Below, piece by piece: positions 60,926 to 64,000 of a DNA stretch of 64,000 bases (positions are counted from its first letter, which is position 1; every line of letters starts with the position of its first letter). A program made the position numbers and the translations under genes. Source of the DNA: Isurus oxyrinchus (taxonomy: Eukaryota); contig JANJGN010000121.1 of NCBI GenBank assembly GCA_026770705.1, forward strand, positions 372,001-436,000, in the 5' to 3' direction. The notes under the pieces are model-generated. The model did no database searches. It saw only the letters and a program-made list of their open reading frames with translations, and was not told the origin of the DNA.

Positions 60926-63070
60926 GTAATTACATACACCTTTCATTCTACATCAGCACTCCCTCAGCGCAGACCCTCTGACAGTGCAGCCCGTTCTCAG
61001 TGTCCACATTCTAAGGCCTCTCTAAGTGCTTCAAAGTCGATAGAATTTAATTGATCTTTATTTGATTATTGCTGAATGAAGAGACAAGCTGTCTAAACTT
61101 TACATCTCGCACACACCATTCTCCATGGCAACACCTCCACCTATCAGAGTCCACTTGCCAACCAATCAGCACTCTCTTCCCATTAAGTATAAATTGTTGT
61201 TCACTTTCTGTTGATAATCCTGTGAACGGGCTTCTTGATTCCTGCCATGACATCTGAATGTCCAAATGAACAGAACAAGTTCCAACAATGAGCTGTGGTT
61301 GGTGATTCCTCATGTTACATCCAGGGACACTGGAGACTATCAGTGTGTGGCAGAGAATGAACATGGAGCAGTGGATGGGTTCATAACCATCAGTGTGGAA
61401 CGTGAGTTACACAGACTTCAACATCTCTCTCAGATTTGAACACTACACAAACACCATCGAACATACACACCTAAATAGACACGTGCAGACACACATATAT
61501 GACCACACACAAAGACACACTCACACACAAACACTAACACTCACTCCCTCATGGGTTACCTGACCTCCCTCAGTACTGCACTGGAGAGTTGGCCTGAATT
61601 CTGGGATTTGTGTTCCCATTCATATTTATGGAAGAATATGGAAATTACTATTACAGACACTCAGATGCATAGAGGCTCTCACAGATACTCTCTGCGTCTC
61701 CAACTCTCTCTCTCCTTTTAAGAAGCTTCCTGAAACCTAACCCTTTGACGAATCACCAACCTAATTCTTCCTTATCTGATTCTGTGTGATTTTCTTTGTG
61801 TATCTGAGAGTAAGAGAGAGTTGGAGAGGTTTAGGAAGAGAATTCCTGCTGGTGAAAAGCTTACATAATGTTCTCACTATTTCCGTGCACATAATTCCCA
61901 TTATGTGCAATGCCCCTGTTTATAATGATGACTGCCTATGTAAACGTCACGCTGTAGTTACAGCCTCCCACCAGTGGTGGCATTGTAGCCCTTCATCCTT
62001 GTGTTTCCCAGCTTTCCCAGCAACTCCACTTCCCAGTTTGCTATACAAGCTGTGAGTTCATCGGAATTCAATTATTTCTCAAACGGTAGATTTGATGTCA
62101 TTTTATTGAAAACTTCCTCAGCGCCTCCCTGAAGGGTTTACACTCTCTGGGAAGCAGGAATAGGCTGGATGTTGGGGAGTTCATCTTTTCCCAGAGAGCA
62201 GTGATCCTCGGGAATGTGCTGTCAGTGGGTGTGGTGGTTGCTGTTTCTCTGTCGCCTTCAAGAGGGATCTGGAGTGGTTACTGACTGGGGGAGAGATCAT
62301 GGAAGCGGAGAATGATACAGCACAGGAGGAGGCCATTCAGCCCATTGAGCCTGTGCCAGGTCTTTCAATGTTCTATCCCATCAGATCCACTAACCACCAC
62401 TCCACTTTGCCCCCATCTTCCTCCTTCAAGTGTTTATCCAATTTCCCTTTTGAAAGTTCCTATTGAATCTGCTTCCACTGCCCTTTCAGGCAGAACCTTC
62501 CAGATCACAACAACTCGCTCTGTCAAAACAAATTCTCCTCATCTCCCCCTCCGGTTCGTCAATCTGTGTCCCTCTGGTTACCGACCCTCCTGCCCCTTAA
62601 ATACATCGATACTGTTCACCTCGACCACTCCCTGTGGGAGCGAGTTCCACATTCTCCCCTCTCTCTGGGTAAAGATTGGAACTGTTTATTAAGCGGGGGG
62701 TGTAAGTCCATGGGGGAGTCCATCTCGATCTTGCCCGATTCGCACACGCGTCCGAGATGGATTTCTACCCTGCACTAAACGTTTCCAGAATTTTCTACAG
62801 CACAATCCTGTACACAGCGATGGAGAGAAACATTGGACAGGGAGTCCAACAGCACAATGATCCATTCTCACCAATGTTCCACGCTAAGGGGAAAGTTCCG
62901 ATTGTCCACTCTTAGAGTGTTTACAATGAAAACATTCATTCCACATTGAATCCCAGTGGATGGGTCAATATTACAGCAAATGTTGCAGTGATATGAAGCT
63001 TGATTGTTCAGCCAGAGTGAGAGATTGAAAGCGGAGAGTCAGTGATGATTTCTTTCTGTGTGTTCTCTAG

Positions 63071-63210
63071 ACAGTGGAGGAGAGATTCTGCACGTGATCC
63101 TGATCCTGGGAATACGAGCTGTGATATTCCTTGTGGCTGTGGTTATCACTATCGCTGGAGTCTGTGTCTGGGAGAGACAAACAGTGAAAGGAAGTCGACA
63201 GACTGTTTGA
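63071..63210 (+). CDS. Activating-type TM and short-tail exon (SGGEILHVILILGIRAVIFLVAVVITIAGVCVWERQTVKGSRQTV*)
   Basis: Long pyrimidine tract ...ttctctag|AC, phase 1, hydrophobic helix with Arg (CGA 63115-63117), stop after 12 residues; not in the ORF track. Confidence 0.82.
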
Positions 63211-63229
63211 AGCTTTGTACAAAAACAGT

Positions 63230-63835
63230 CTCATCATGGAACAGAAGGACGGCATTCGGCCCATCGACTCCATGCTGTCTCTCTGTAGAGCAATCCAGTC
63301 AGTCCCATTCCCCCGCTCTATCCCCGTATCCCTTCAAGTTTATTTCCCCTCAAGTGTCCATCCAATTTCCTTTTGAAATCGTTCATCGTCTCCGCTTCCA
63401 CCATCCTCGTAGGCAGCGAGTTCCAGCTCATTACCACTCGCTGTGTAAAAAAGTTCCTCCTCAAATCCCCCCTCTGCCCAAAACCTTCAATCTGTGTCCC
63501 CCAGTCCTTGTACCATCAGCTAATGGCAACAGCTTCTCTTTGTCTACCTGATCTAAACCCATCATCATCTTGTACACCTCGATCAGATCCCCCCTCAATC
63601 TCCTTTGTTCCAAGGAGAACAACCCCAGCTTCTCCAACCCAACCTTGTAGCTAAAATCCCTCATCCCTGGACCCATTCTGCTCAATCTCCTCCCCACCCT
63701 CTCAAGGACCCTCACTTCCTTCCCAAAGTGAGGAGACCAGAACTGGACACAATACTCTAGTTGTGACCTAACCAGAGCTTTATAAATGTTCAGCATAACC
63801 TCCCTGTGTTTGTACTCAATCCCTCAATTTATGAA
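63230..63835 (-). mobile_element. CR1 3' fragment
   Basis: LNIYKALVRSQLEYCVQFWSPH...RRLRGDLIEVYK. Confidence 0.9.
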
Positions 63836-64000
63836 AAGCTTATTCTTTCCATCAGCACAAACAGCAATTTCCAAGCGGACTCCCATCAGCAGACAGAGTG
63901 CAATGAAACATCGGCATGCCTGCTTCTTAATGTACGGAGAGAAACCTGGAACGAGAGATTCTCCTTCTTCTCCTCAGCAAGCTGAAACTTTTCCTTATAC

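Larger units (their letters stand above)
58652..63210 (+). pseudogene. Siglec-like gene D, activating-type pseudogene
   Basis: Leader 58652-58690 has a 1-nt deletion; V exon 59393-59769 has AG->AC acceptor, in-frame TAA stops and frameshifts; C2 60629-60925 intact; Ig3 lacks its 5' half (remnant ~61249-61401); TM exon 63071-63210 intact. Confidence 0.88.

Overview
Vertebrate genomic DNA, most likely cartilaginous fish/shark (inferred from the repeat content; species not determinable), with four assembly gaps. The window is a tandem/inverted cluster of Siglec-like (sialic-acid-binding Ig-like lectin) receptor genes, reconstructed by hand from splice sites and exon phases. All share a 40-nt leader exon (MIGKSYFLLSLLQ), a V-set exon with Siglec hallmarks (CVxIPC, GDCSL, GPYFFR with the essential Arg) and a C2 exon; B, C and D also show a third Ig exon and a TM exon. 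Gene A (-, 6933->1961) has no 3' end in view. Gene B (-, 28922->18846/15780/12897) is complete and has three tandem copies of its two cytoplasmic exons (TEYAQI ITSM-like tails). Gene C (+, 40620->54716) is complete with an unrelated tail (YENC, YANC, SVYGNL). Gene D (+, 58652->63210) is a pseudogene whose last exon is an intact activating-type TM (intramembrane Arg, 12-aa tail without Tyr). An orphan C-type terminal exon lies at 33872. Together this looks like a paired inhibitory/activating Siglec system with hypervariable ligand-binding loops and interchangeable signalling modules. The rest is CR1 and other LINE fragments, Gypsy relics, solo LTRs, a Penelope-like fragment, and 33-, 44- and 24-bp tandem repeats that generate most of the long spurious ORFs.
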